A DNA stretch of 64,000 nucleotides from an uncultured Methanosarcinaceae archaeon (GTDB lineage Archaea; Halobacteriota; Methanosarcinia; Methanosarcinales; Methanosarcinaceae): the NCBI GenBank assembly GCA_963847185.1, contig CAWJYV010000002.1:1-64000 (forward strand), read 5' to 3'. Position 1 is the first letter of the stretch. Every line of letters begins with the position of its first letter. Positions 1 to 10,168 of this stretch are shown piece by piece. The notes under the pieces are model-generated. The model made no database searches. It had not been told where the DNA came from and saw only the letters and a list, made by a program, of their open reading frames with translations. The position numbers were made by a program, and so were the translations under genes.

Positions 1-1
1 A

Positions 2-691
2 ACCGGAACAGGGGCAAATACGTTTCCGGGTTATCAGGAACTTGTAATCTCAATACTGTCCGAGCTTTGCAAACTTCCTTTTAAAAGGGCAGTTGACAGT
101 TTCGAAGCTTTGCAGAGCCGATCCCAGCTTGCAGCCTTTTCAGGATCTCTCCGGGAACTTGCACTTGAACTTATAAGAATAGCTAACGATCTCAGGCTCC
201 TTAATGCCGGCCCTACCACCGGAATTTCCGAAATTGAACTTCCGGCTGTACAGCCGGGATCATCCATAATGCCAGGGAAATATAATCCTGTAATGGCCGA
301 ATGTCTTGACATGATAGGCTTCCAGATTGTGGGAAACGATACAACAGTCGCTCTTGCAGCTCAGGCAGGGCAGCTCGAGCTAAATGTTATGACCCCTGTA
401 ATGACCTCCAATATTCTTGTATCCATCTCCCTATTAACGAATTATCTACCAGTTTTTCAGGAACGTTGTGTAGAAGGGATTAAGGCTCATGAAGATAGGT
501 GCAGAGCTTACCTTGAGCTAAATCCTATTCTTGTAACTTTTCTTGCTCCAAAGATCGGGTATCTTAAGGCTGCAGAAGTCGCAAAAGAAGTGCTGAAGAA
601 GAAAATGCCTGTTAAGGACATTGTAATAATGAGAGGAATTTTAAGTAAAGAAGAAGCCGATGAGCTACTTAAAATTGAAAAGTTATTATAA
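2..691 (+). CDS. Aspartate ammonia-lyase / class II fumarase family, 5'-truncated by the window edge
   Basis: Frame is open from base 2 (TGTGANT...). Carries the signature GSSIMPGKYNP and GQLELNVM. Confidence 0.9.
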   Translation, partial: TGTGANTFPGYQELVISILSELCKLPFKRAVDSFEALQSRSQLAAFSGSLRELALELIRIANDLRLLNAGPTTGISEIELPAVQPGSSIMPGKYNPVMAECLDMIGFQIVGNDTTVALAAQAGQLELNVMTPVMTSNILVSISLLTNYLPVFQERCVEGIKAHEDRCRAYLELNPILVTFLAPKIGYLKAAEVAKEVLKKKMPVKDIVIMRGILSKEEADELLKIEKLL

Positions 692-760
692 CTTTCATCT
701 AAATCCATCTTCAAGCATTTCACAGGCAACTATACTTAAGACCGGCATAATTAGCTTTTA

Positions 761-1561
761 TTAATCGTTATTATGTATTTCATTTTTTATCGAGAGATAA
801 CAATTCTCGAATACTTTCTGATTGCCACTGATCTCGAACATGCTATATCCAAACAATTTAGCATATTCTTCAATCTTTGCATCGATGTCCTTTACATATG
901 TAAGACCTGTATTGACTTTTGCAACTCTTGAATATCCTGCTAAGTTATTGATCTTTTTTGCCATTTTTATTGCCTTTTCAGGATTAGAATGAAGTTTATT
1001 AATGTTTAAAAGTTCTTTCCATGAACTGGCATACATAGGTGTAAAAAAGAAAGCAGGCTCTTTACTGTGGGTTTTAAGCAATTTAAGGTAGTTTGCACCA
1101 CCTCCCACCGTTGCTCCGATGCAGTCATCTACGATTCTTTCGTCATCCCTTAGTATCCGCACCGTGCAACTATCTTTTTCCAGGCAGAAGTCTTCCTCCA
1201 CATTGCCCAGAACGTTACCACAAAGACCGTAAAAAATGAGTATTCCATTGGAGAATGGTGTCATTTCCCTGATATTTTGATAAACTTCAGATTTCAATAT
1301 TTTTGGTGCTGCATGAAGCCCAAGTTCCATAAGGTTAATTACAACAGCGAGTTCATCCTTGTCGACATTATTAAGTGCCTGTGGTAGCTTTTTGAACGGA
1401 ACAATGTCATAACAGATATGCTGTTCATCTAGTTTTTCTATAAATTCGGAGATATTCCCATTTGCTACAATTAGAATTCTCTTTATTTGAGAATCATTTA
1501 CAATAAGCCAAATTATTTCATCCTGAAGTATTTTACAACTCAAAATACTCAAAACAGTCAT
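761..1561 (-). CDS. DUF1638-family protein
   Basis: Motifs LSCKIL, ELGLH, FYGLCGN, VDDCIG, typical of Methanosarcina DUF1638 proteins. Confidence 0.75.
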   Translation of the reverse strand: MTVLSILSCKILQDEIIWLIVNDSQIKRILIVANGNISEFIEKLDEQHICYDIVPFKKLPQALNNVDKDELAVVINLMELGLHAAPKILKSEVYQNIREMTPFSNGILIFYGLCGNVLGNVEEDFCLEKDSCTVRILRDDERIVDDCIGATVGGGANYLKLLKTHSKEPAFFFTPMYASSWKELLNINKLHSNPEKAIKMAKKINNLAGYSRVAKVNTGLTYVKDIDAKIEEYAKLFGYSMFEISGNQKVFENCYLSIKNEIHNND

Positions 1562-2031
1562 TTATCTTCTCCCATTTAGAGAAGTAATAGTACTATACTA
1601 TATACTTATAGGTTAGAAAGACGACCATAGTACATTCACAATAAAGAATAATAAGCATTACTATCCCAGGAAAATATCTTTTGTCCTTCGGAGCTTAGTT
1701 TTAAAATTGAACTGGGAAAGTAGCCTCTAAACTACTGCGCTAAGACCACTATTCTGCGAGAAAGATTACAAAAAAATCTCTGCGAAATTTATTCGTGCAT
1801 CTGTAATTTAGAGAGATTGTGCCTATAAATTCCTTGATGTCTGTATAAACTACTCAAACACAAATTAAATAATAAAAGAACCGTCTGGGGCTTATTTTAC
1901 AAATATCACAAAAGCAATTTATAAAATCAAATTAATATTAGTTAGTGGGGATGCTCATTAATATTTGACTCACGGGACGAAGTTAAAAACAAATTAATTG
2001 ATAGATCGATATTGATCGGGGGATGAATTGA

Positions 2032-2466
2032 GTGACTGTTGAGGAAAATCTTCAATTGATGATAACACTGGATGATGCATGGAATTCACAGGACTGGGAT
2101 ACATTCAAAAAGCGTCATTCAGAAGACACTGCTGTCTATTGGCCAGGTCAACCTGAGCCAACAAGAAGTAGAAAAGCACACCACGAAGAAGCTATAGAAT
2201 TTTTTAAAACTTTTCCTGACAACCACGTTGAAAACAGACCTTATAAAGTACTTTTTGGCCAGGAAGACTGGACATGTTCAGTAGCCACATTTACGGGCAC
2301 TATGAAAGGTCCCATGAAAATGGCTGATGGAAAGGAAATTCCACCTACAAATAAGAAATTTGAGGTGGAGTTTTGTACTGTTGCTCACTGGAAGGATGGT
2401 GAAATTATAGAAGAGAGGCTTTTCTACGATCTTGTCGGGTTGATGAAGCAGATTGGTCTGATGTAA
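2032..2466 (+). CDS. SnoaL-like ester cyclase (NTF2 fold)
   Basis: 144 aa, GTG start after GGGGGA; FPD, TFTGT..GP, IPPTNKKF, WKDGEI.EE..YD pattern. Confidence 0.85.
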   Translation: MTVEENLQLMITLDDAWNSQDWDTFKKRHSEDTAVYWPGQPEPTRSRKAHHEEAIEFFKTFPDNHVENRPYKVLFGQEDWTCSVATFTGTMKGPMKMADGKEIPPTNKKFEVEFCTVAHWKDGEIIEERLFYDLVGLMKQIGLM

Positions 2467-2761
2467 CTTTAGACTTTTAGTTGAAGCACCGGATTTCACA
2501 AGTATAAAATGAGCTAGAATGTGCCTGTGCCCTTTATAACCAAGAGCTAATGCTCCAGGCAATCGAAGTAGCCAGCTTAGGGAAGTTACATAGTCACCTT
2601 CTACTTGCATAAGAAATGATGAGCAAGCGACTGAGTGATTGATTTCAAACACTTTACATTTTTTTTCTTTGATAGAGCTAACATGAAATAATGATCCATT
2701 TTCTAGCTAAATTAATCATAGAGTTTGAGTTAATCTGCAAATTAAATAATGAGGAATAGGA

Positions 2762-3688
2762 ATGATTGAAACTAGAAAGATAGCAAAGGTTCTGAAGAGT
2801 AAACCTACAATTGAAGGAGCAGGCGTTCACCTCAAACGGGCGTTTGGGTTCAGCCAAGTTCCCATGTTCGATCCTTTTTTGCTCCTTGATGATTTTAGAT
2901 CCGATAATCCAAAAGACTACATCAAAGGATTTCCCTGGCATCCTCATCGCGGTATAGAGACGATTACATATGTTCTTCGTGGAGATGTAGAACATGGAGA
3001 CGGTATGGGTAATAAGGGAATTATTTCATCAGGTGACGTACAATGGATGACTGCCGGAAGTGGAATTGTCCACCAGGAAATGCCCAAAGGAGATCATAAA
3101 GGTTCAATGTACGGATTTCAGCTATGGGCGAACCTTCCGAAATCTCACAAAATGATGGATCCGCGATACAGAGACATTAAAAGTGCTCAAATCCCAGTTG
3201 TATCGTTAAATAATGGCACGAAAATAAGGGTCATTTGTGGAAAGGTGGGAAATACGCAAGGGCCAGTTCAAGATATAGTCACTGATCCAGAATATCTTGA
3301 TATAACTGTTCCAGCTGAATCTGAGTATTCTCATCCTACCAAACAAGGACACAAGGTATTAGCTTATGTCATCGAGGGAAAAGGGTACTTCTGCAAGGAG
3401 AAAGAGCCATTTTCATATGAAATGGAAGGTGTTAATTATTTCGATATGAAGCGAGATCCCTTCCTGGAAAACGGAGATCTCGTTCTCTTTGATGATGGTG
3501 ATCAAATTGTGGTTTCAACCGAAGGAGATAATGTCAGGTTCTTGCTAATATCTGGAAAGCCCATTGGTGAAACAGTTGCGTGGTATGGTCCGATTGTAAT
3601 GAATACGCAAGATGAGTTACGCATTGCTTTTGAAGAGCTTAATAAAGGGGCTTTCATTAAGTATAAGAAGATACCCGCTGAAAGTTAA
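2762..3688 (+). CDS. Pirin family protein
   Basis: DPFLLLD, GFPWHPHRGIETITY, QWMTAGSGIVHQE, FQLWANLP, GPIVMNT. Confidence 0.95.
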   Translation: MIETRKIAKVLKSKPTIEGAGVHLKRAFGFSQVPMFDPFLLLDDFRSDNPKDYIKGFPWHPHRGIETITYVLRGDVEHGDGMGNKGIISSGDVQWMTAGSGIVHQEMPKGDHKGSMYGFQLWANLPKSHKMMDPRYRDIKSAQIPVVSLNNGTKIRVICGKVGNTQGPVQDIVTDPEYLDITVPAESEYSHPTKQGHKVLAYVIEGKGYFCKEKEPFSYEMEGVNYFDMKRDPFLENGDLVLFDDGDQIVVSTEGDNVRFLLISGKPIGETVAWYGPIVMNTQDELRIAFEELNKGAFIKYKKIPAES

Positions 3689-3821
3689 GACGCTTTTTTA
3701 GTAGGTAAATTTCTCATCTGTCCTGAGAAAGAAAAGATCAAAAATAATTAAGGCACATAATCTTGGAATAGCAAAGAGATTAGACCGTAGACCTAAAAAG
3801 CGGTAGAGAATGTGTCTTTTA

Positions 3822-4040
3822 TTAATTCTCTTTTTCTTTTGCGCTGAACTCTATGACAAATTCAGTACATTTATCTCTCTTTAACTCGATTTCCCTATCT
3901 AACTGATCTATAAGAGTAGTTATCATTTGTATGCCAAAACTATCAAGCTTTTTAATATCAAGATTTTCAGAAACTCCTATACAGTTGTCTGAAACATTCA
4001 AGGTAAAACTGGTACTTTTATTGCCTTCCTTTTCGTAGTT
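3822..4040 (-). pseudogene. Remnant of a sensor histidine kinase C-terminal HATPase domain
   Basis: FTLNVSDNCIGVSENLD..LDSFGIQMITTLIDQLD.EIELKRDKCTEFVIEF matches the tail of Methanosarcina HisKA_2/HATPase kinases. Conserved Gly residues are mutated and there is no N-terminal part. Confidence 0.75.
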
Positions 4041-4259
4041 TGACAGTTGAAAATAAGGAGAATAATATAAATAGACATTTTTAAGTAAAGAGTATTTTAT
4101 CAAAATGAAAGAACTATTAATATTATTTATAAGCTTATTATTCATCTCTGATTTATAAAATTTTTGTCTATGAGTTGTACAAGTCAAGAGCTAAAAAATA
4201 TATACACCTTATATTTAAAAACAAAATGGCTTAGACGAGCTAAATAAAGTTATACATTT

Positions 4260-4310
4260 TTCAGAGTCCAGTCTTGTAGGAGTTCGTGCGTTCGAATCGC
4301 ACCTCTCGCA
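4260..4310 (+). pseudogene. 3' fragment of a tRNA-Leu(CAG)
   Basis: TTCAGAG loop, long variable arm CTTGTAGGAG, perfect T arm GTGCG-TTCGAAT-CGCAC, acceptor strand CTCTCGCA. The 5' half is absent. Confidence 0.8.
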
Positions 4311-4762
4311 TCAAACTTTTTTTAACCGATTGATTTTCTTTTGTACCAGTCTTCAGATCTCGTATGGTGGCTCTGATGCCGATAAGCTGAAATCCCCAGT
4401 GACCATCCCGAAAATTAAAGCCAAAAGAGTAGTTCCCGTATTAGATTCAAATTTCATAGAGATGTATCATTAAAAGGCTTCTTTTTTTCTGTATTCTCCG
4501 AAAGCAGCTTGATTTTTAACCTGCTATTCTCCTAGATCAGAAGAGTTTTCAGTTTTTCCTTCAAAAAGTAGTATAGATTATAGGAAATAAGCCTAAAACT
4601 GGAGAAACAGCAATGTATAGGAATAAAGGTTGCTGTTCTTTTCTGCAGGTTTTGTAGACTCAGACTGTAAATATATGCAATTTTGAAAACTAAATCCTTA
4701 ACAGCAGAAGATATTTTCCTGGTATAGTAATGCTTATTTTAGTCCAACGCCTATAATTGTAA

Positions 4763-5815
4763 ATGGATATTCTAGAGAGAAAAGACCTTCGAGGGGCTAA
4801 CCTTCAGGGAGCTGACCTTATAGAAGCTAACCTTGAAGGAGCTAATCTTCAAGGAGCTAATCTTCAAGAGGCTAATCTTCGAGGAGCTAACCTTCAAGAG
4901 GCTAACCTTCGAGGAGCTGATCTTTTTTATGCTGATCTTACAGAGGCTAACCTTCAAGGGGCTAACCTTATGGAGGCTAACATTGAAAAGGCTACCCTTC
5001 AATTGGCTAAACTTCATTTGGTTAACTTTAAAGAGGCTAACCTTCAAGGAGCTAACCTTCAAGGGGCTGACCTTTATGGAGCTAACCTTCAAGGGGCTAA
5101 CCTTCAGGGAGCTAACCTTTATGGAGCTGACCTTCAAGAGGCTAACCTTGAAGGGGCTAACCTTGAAGGGGCTAAACTTGGGGGAGCTAAACTTGAAAGG
5201 GCTTACCTTATAGAGGCTAATCTTGAAGGGGCTAATCTTGAAGGGGCTAAACTTGGGGGAGCTAAACTTGAAAGGGCTAAACTTGAGAGGGCGTACCTTA
5301 TAGAGGCTAATCTTGAAGGGGCTAATCTTGAAGGGGCTAATCTTGAAGGGGCTAAACTTGGGGGAGCTAAACTTGAAAGGGCTAAACTTGAGAGGGCGTA
5401 CCTTATAGAGGCTAATCTTGAAGGGGCGTACTTTATAGAGGCTAACCTTGAAGGGGCTAATCTTGAAGGGGCTAACCTTAAATGGACTTACCTTATAGGG
5501 GCTAACTTCAAAGAGGCTAAACTTAAAGGAGCTAACCTTAAAGGGGCTAACCTTCAAGAGGCTGAACTTGAGAGAGCTGACCTTAAAGGAGCTTCCCTTG
5601 AAAGAGCTAACCTTAAAAAAGTTCACCTTGAAGGGGCTAACCTTGAAGGGGCTAACCTTCAAGAGGCTAACCTTGAAAGGGCTGATCTTAAAGGAGCTCA
5701 TCATTTATCACTTGACCAGCTTTCAAAAGTGAAAACACTTCATGATACAGAATTAGACGAAGAGCTCTACACACCATTAAAAAAGAAGTACCCTGCCCTT
5801 TTTGAAGTACCATAG
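4763..5815 (+). CDS. Pentapeptide-repeat protein
   Basis: About 60 tandem A(N/D/K)Lxx repeats (15-bp period), with C-terminal cap LSLDQLSKVKTLH..LDEEL..LKKKYPALF. Confidence 0.95.
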   Translation: MDILERKDLRGANLQGADLIEANLEGANLQGANLQEANLRGANLQEANLRGADLFYADLTEANLQGANLMEANIEKATLQLAKLHLVNFKEANLQGANLQGADLYGANLQGANLQGANLYGADLQEANLEGANLEGAKLGGAKLERAYLIEANLEGANLEGAKLGGAKLERAKLERAYLIEANLEGANLEGANLEGAKLGGAKLERAKLERAYLIEANLEGAYFIEANLEGANLEGANLKWTYLIGANFKEAKLKGANLKGANLQEAELERADLKGASLERANLKKVHLEGANLEGANLQEANLERADLKGAHHLSLDQLSKVKTLHDTELDEELYTPLKKKYPALFEVP

Positions 5816-5958
5816 CCACAAATCCTCAAGGATTAAGGCTTTTAAGGCATGTAAGATCAGAGAGCTGGTTTTATCCAGATTTCCCCATTTAGTAAAAGGA
5901 CAAGATGCTTAATTCAATGAGGGTTACACAAAAGGTAGTAAAAAATAAAAAGTAAAGT

Positions 5959-6144
5959 TTATACAGATATCGTCTCAAGCTTTACCCGTTTAAAAATAGC
6001 AGTTACCCTTCCTTCTTCATCAATATCATTCTTGATCAAAACCAGTTCCCAGCCTTCATTTCCTATTCTTTCAAGTTCGCTCATTTGTTGTGGCGTGTTA
6101 ACACCATCAATCCTGCGAGAATCATACTCCCATAAATGTATCAT
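5959..6144 (-). CDS. Small DUF4177-like protein
   Basis: WEY...L..IGNEGWELV...IFKR pattern; SD GGAGG upstream. Confidence 0.75.
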   Translation of the reverse strand: MIHLWEYDSRRIDGVNTPQQMSELERIGNEGWELVLIKNDIDEEGRVTAIFKRVKLETISV

Positions 6145-6554
6145 TTAATGTCCCTCCTGTTAAAGATTAAAGAGAATTTTTGTAATTTTTTATATTGCAA
6201 TGATACTATAAATAATCCGAAAAGAAAAAAATAAGGCAAAAATACCTCCTCCTGCTCTATATTAACATTAAATGTTATCTCGGTGCTTATAGGTTGCAAC
6301 CTGCCTATATATCACGGACAATTTTTATAAAAATCCTATTAAAAATACGAGGGGCAGGATTCTGTGAGATTTGTTATATTTCTTGATTTTTGTTGTTTTT
6401 TCTCTTATATAGGGGAATGACTGAATATTACCAAAAAATTCCAGCATGGCATAGATCTCAACCGTTTCTAATGATGGGGAGAAATCATGATTTCCTAGGA
6501 AAAACTTGGGTATCCTTATGAAAGTTTTTCATATTTCATACCTGTGGCAACGGC

Positions 6555-6986
6555 TCATGAGTGTTTGGGTGGGTATTTGACATCTAGAGCCCTTATTATA
6601 CCCAATATTAACAGCAATATCGATAAGCCTAAAATGAATTGATAATCAAATCTTTGGGCATATACCCCTGCCGCGATTTCACGCATGACTATTAAAATCG
6701 TAGCATCGGTTACATATGTAATTCTGATTTCTTCATGTTCACGAAAATCAATAAAAGTCTTGAAAAGATCAATAAGAACAAAAATTGTGAGGACACTGGA
6801 TACTATTTGACCAAAACCACCCCCAAGAGTCCCGAATAGAATTGATTTGATCTGCAGGAGGATATTTATCACCCCAGAAAGTAGCGCAAGTATCAGTATA
6901 TAAAGGATAATAACAGTGACTAAATCAATTATTGTTTTAAATATTTTATTCTGATTTATTTCTAATAATTTATAATGGCCTCTCAA
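6555..6986 (-). CDS. Phosphate-starvation-inducible PsiE family membrane protein
   Basis: About four TM helices; VLTIFVLIDLF and DATILIVMREI motifs; TTG start after a G-rich SD. Confidence 0.8.
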   Translation of the reverse strand: MRGHYKLLEINQNKIFKTIIDLVTVIILYILILALLSGVINILLQIKSILFGTLGGGFGQIVSSVLTIFVLIDLFKTFIDFREHEEIRITYVTDATILIVMREIAAGVYAQRFDYQFILGLSILLLILGIIRALDVKYPPKHS

Positions 6987-7276
6987 TTAATTCCCCCCCG
7001 TAAAAAGATTAGGGCCCTTAAATTCCAATTATAATATATTGGTACTCTTATAATATTAATTAATAAGCTAATTCCAAAACCAATAATTTGAAGAGGATAC
7101 CTTTTTCTTAACATTTTTGTGATCTGGGACGAAAGTTGTCCCGATTTTTCAGAGAGTATACAATATGATTATCTTTATCCACATGGACCTACACTCAGGT
7201 CTGGAGGAATCAGGTCGCATTATTGCGAAAAGTTATATGCGAAAAGTTATATCCATGTCTTGCGTTTACGAATCCT

Positions 7277-8725
7277 ATGAAAAAAAGATTTTCCAATAAA
7301 ATCCTCATTATTGGTTATGGCTCAGTTTCACAATGTACTTTACCCCTTTTAATGGATAAACTCGATGTTCCGCTCGAAAACATTACCTTAATTGATTTTG
7401 AAGACAAATCAAAAGCTCTAAAAAAGTATACTAATCAAGGATTAAAGTTTGTCCGTGAAAAAATTACACGGGAAAATTTGAATCAAGTTCTGTCACAATA
7501 TATGGAAAATGAGGGCTTGCTCATTGATCTGGCGTGGAATATCGATGCCAATGAGATCATTAAATGGTGCCATGATCACAATGTATTGTACGTTAACACC
7601 TCGGTTGAAGTATGGGATCCTGCTGAGGAATTTTTGACTCAAAGTATGTTAGAAAAATCGCTTTATATACGGCAAATGAGATTGCTTGAACTTTCTCGTG
7701 ATTGGAAAGATGCGCCGACTGCTGTTATTGACCATGGCGCAAATCCTGGCTTGATAACCCACTTCGTAAAGCAAGGCTTGCTGGATATTGCCGCCCGCAC
7801 CTGCGCTGATAAGAAAGTATCTCCTGAGGATGAACAGGAAATTGCCCTCCTTGCAAAAAACAGGGATTTTGCCCGCCTGGCTAAGAAATTGGGAGTTAAA
7901 GTGATCCATTGTAGCGAGCGAGATACTCAAATTGCCAACCGATCAAAGGAAGTTAATGAATTTGTAGGAACATGGAGCATTGAAGGATTGAGGGAAGAAG
8001 GAACGGCTCCGGTTGAAATAGCTTGGGGAACGCATGAGAGCAAACTGCCGCCCCTAGCGCATATACCTCCGTACGGACCGAAAAATGTGATTCTCTTACC
8101 CCAGATGGGCATTAATAAATGGGTCAGATCGTGGATACCAGATGAAGAAATTGTAGGTATGGCGATCCGTCATGGCGAAGCATATGGCCTTTCACAGCTG
8201 TTAACTGTTTGGGAAGATGGCAAGGAGAGCTATCGGCCTACCGTACATTATGCTTATATGCCCTGTAATGATACACTTTCCTCTCTTTGCGAATTGCGAG
8301 GCCGGAATTATGAGCTTCAATCCAGACTCAGGATTATGACAAATGAAATCATATCTGGCGAGGATATAATGGGGGCACTCTTGATGGGCCATTCTTATAA
8401 TTCCTGGTGGACTGGGAGCTCATTGAGCATTGAAGAGGCCAGATCACTTGCTCCCGGTCAGAATGCTACTACTCTTCAGGTAGCTGCAGGCATTGTTGCT
8501 GCTGTACTCTGGATGCTTGAAAATCCGCGAGAAGGTATTAAAACACCTGAAGATTTGCCTCATGATTTTGTCCTGGATATTGCCAAACCGTATCTTGGAA
8601 AATTTATTTCCACACCGTCGGACTGGACACCACTTAAAAATCGCAAAATATTTTTTAAAGAAAATCCAGCCGTGAAACACAATCCTGATCCATGGCAATT
8701 CGAAAATTTTCTTTTCGTAGGTTAA
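7277..8725 (+). CDS. hss: Homospermidine synthase
   Basis: IIGYGSV Rossmann motif, YVNTSVEVW, HGANPGLITHFVKQ, IHCSERDTQ, TWSIEG, YRPTVHYAY, QNATTLQV. Confidence 0.9.
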   Translation: MKKRFSNKILIIGYGSVSQCTLPLLMDKLDVPLENITLIDFEDKSKALKKYTNQGLKFVREKITRENLNQVLSQYMENEGLLIDLAWNIDANEIIKWCHDHNVLYVNTSVEVWDPAEEFLTQSMLEKSLYIRQMRLLELSRDWKDAPTAVIDHGANPGLITHFVKQGLLDIAARTCADKKVSPEDEQEIALLAKNRDFARLAKKLGVKVIHCSERDTQIANRSKEVNEFVGTWSIEGLREEGTAPVEIAWGTHESKLPPLAHIPPYGPKNVILLPQMGINKWVRSWIPDEEIVGMAIRHGEAYGLSQLLTVWEDGKESYRPTVHYAYMPCNDTLSSLCELRGRNYELQSRLRIMTNEIISGEDIMGALLMGHSYNSWWTGSSLSIEEARSLAPGQNATTLQVAAGIVAAVLWMLENPREGIKTPEDLPHDFVLDIAKPYLGKFISTPSDWTPLKNRKIFFKENPAVKHNPDPWQFENFLFVG

Positions 8726-8731
8726 TCCTAA

Positions 8732-8781
8732 GTGAACCACCCCTTCCGGCCAGACTGATGTCTGTCGAAGAAGGGGTCTTC
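8732..8781 (-). mobile_element. Orphan IS200/IS605-family right-end hairpin
   Basis: Minus strand reads GAAGACCCCTTC...GAAGGGGTGGTTCAC, the hairpin-plus-TCAC terminus typical of tnpB-carrying elements. No transposase nearby. Confidence 0.6.
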
Positions 8782-8978
8782 CCACCTGCCTCTGCATTAA
8801 ATACCAAGCGATAGGAACAATACTGAAGTCATGTTAATATGGTTTGACGCCTTAGAATACCGTAAAGTAATGGTTTTAAGATTTATTCACATAGAAATAA
8901 GGGGATTTGAAAACGTTATCATTTGACGATGAGAAGTTAGTTGACCAAACTTTAATAAAAGAGTAAATAAGCCAGCAT

Positions 8979-9063
8979 GCGAAAGTTACCCAGCCAGGCT
9001 AAAGACGCCAGGTTCAGAGCATGGTCTCGTAGGAGTTCGAGCGTTCGAATCGCACCTCTCGCC
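8979..9063 (+). pseudogene. Degenerate full-length tRNA-Leu(CAG)
   Basis: Cloverleaf recognisable (anticodon loop TTCAGAG, long variable arm, TTCGAAT loop) with mismatches in all four stems. TATA-like TTTAATAA at about 8951. Confidence 0.8.
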
Positions 9064-9403
9064 TAATTCATTTTTATCTTTTTCTGTAATTATTTGCATG
9101 AATAAGACTTCTACTTCTGTTTTTTCTGTGACCTTGAGTGTAGAGAAGTCACAAACGAAAAGTAGGAAGGTTGAGGTAGGAGTGGGAATGAGACGTACTC
9201 GTTCATATGCCACTTAATAAGCAATAAACTCTGCTTTTTGTGTGAAGAAAAAAAGTATAGAATCACTGAATTTACAGAATTTTACAACTATCTAGAAGAT
9301 TCGATACGATGTGAGATTTACAATTAACATCAATCTTTAAAGAGTCTACAACGCAGTATAACGCAGTATTAATGATTCTTTTTATTCTATATTTCAATAA
9401 AGG

Positions 9404-9600
9404 ACTCAGTTCCAAAATTTAGTGATTTTTGCATTTTTCGATTGAAGTATTGAGTTTCTAAGAAGAATTCGGGCTTCGATCAAACTCAATATTCAAGATA
9501 TTCCGGTATCAATCAATAGGTTACGCTCAAAAGGTTATAGCCATTTACAAAATCCAGTGATTTTCAGTTTTACGTTTATCACTGGATTCTGGTACTGAGT
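9404..9600. mobile_element. MITE-like element, about 197 bp
   Basis: Terminal inverted repeats ACTCAGTTCCAAAATTTAGTGAT / ATCACTGGATTCTGGTACTGAGT (19 of 23 match); no ORF. Confidence 0.65.
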
Positions 9601-9799
9601 TTTATGATTCCACAGTACATAATAACCCCTACTGATTGAAAATGATGAAGGGAGAAAAATAAGATAATAGTTACAAAGAGACTGAACTTTAGAGAGATTT
9701 AATTATCTCCGTTGCCTTTCTTTCTCTAACTGAAATTTCGTCAGGATTGATGCTCAGAGAAGCCAGAAATTGTTTAAAAGCTTCGAATTTCATTTTTTT

Positions 9800-9964
9800 G
9801 GCTCTTCATTGTTTTGTATGGGTTGAAACTAATTGCCCAGTTGAAAAATGACTAATTCAAAAAAATCATCCATCGTGAGATGGTTTTTCTAAATAAATTG
9901 TGTTCAAACATTAACCATATTTGGGAAGCAATCATAAATTACCCACTCTAAACAGCGAAGAGCC
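9800..9964. mobile_element. MITE-like element, about 165 bp
   Basis: TIRs GGCTCTTCATTGTTTTGTATGGGT / ACCCACTCTAAACAGCGAAGAGCC (19 of 24 match). Confidence 0.65.
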
Positions 9965-10168
9965 CATTTACTCCAAAATATATAATGGAAAAAATGGAAC
10001 AACTATTATATTGTTCCTGTGATTGAAAAAACATCTAATTTGAAGAGGATACTGGCTTTTCTCTCCGGGCTTGGTAACTATTATATAGGATTCTATTCTT
10101 TCGGTATTCATTCTAACTAGTTACACATGTAACCATCTATCTGATTATAACTGAAAAAGGATCCTTTT

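Noticed and set aside
2616-2655. ATGATGA...CTGA as a C/D-box sRNA
   Set aside because: The guide is only 8 nt and there is no terminal D box.
4772-5704. 310-aa minus-strand KVSPF-repeat ORF (and the alternative frame at 4833-5213)
   Set aside because: Shadow frames of the 15-bp periodic pentapeptide gene.
8986-9213. 75-aa minus-strand ORF
   Set aside because: Overlaps the pseudo-tRNA in antisense and has no recognisable protein features.
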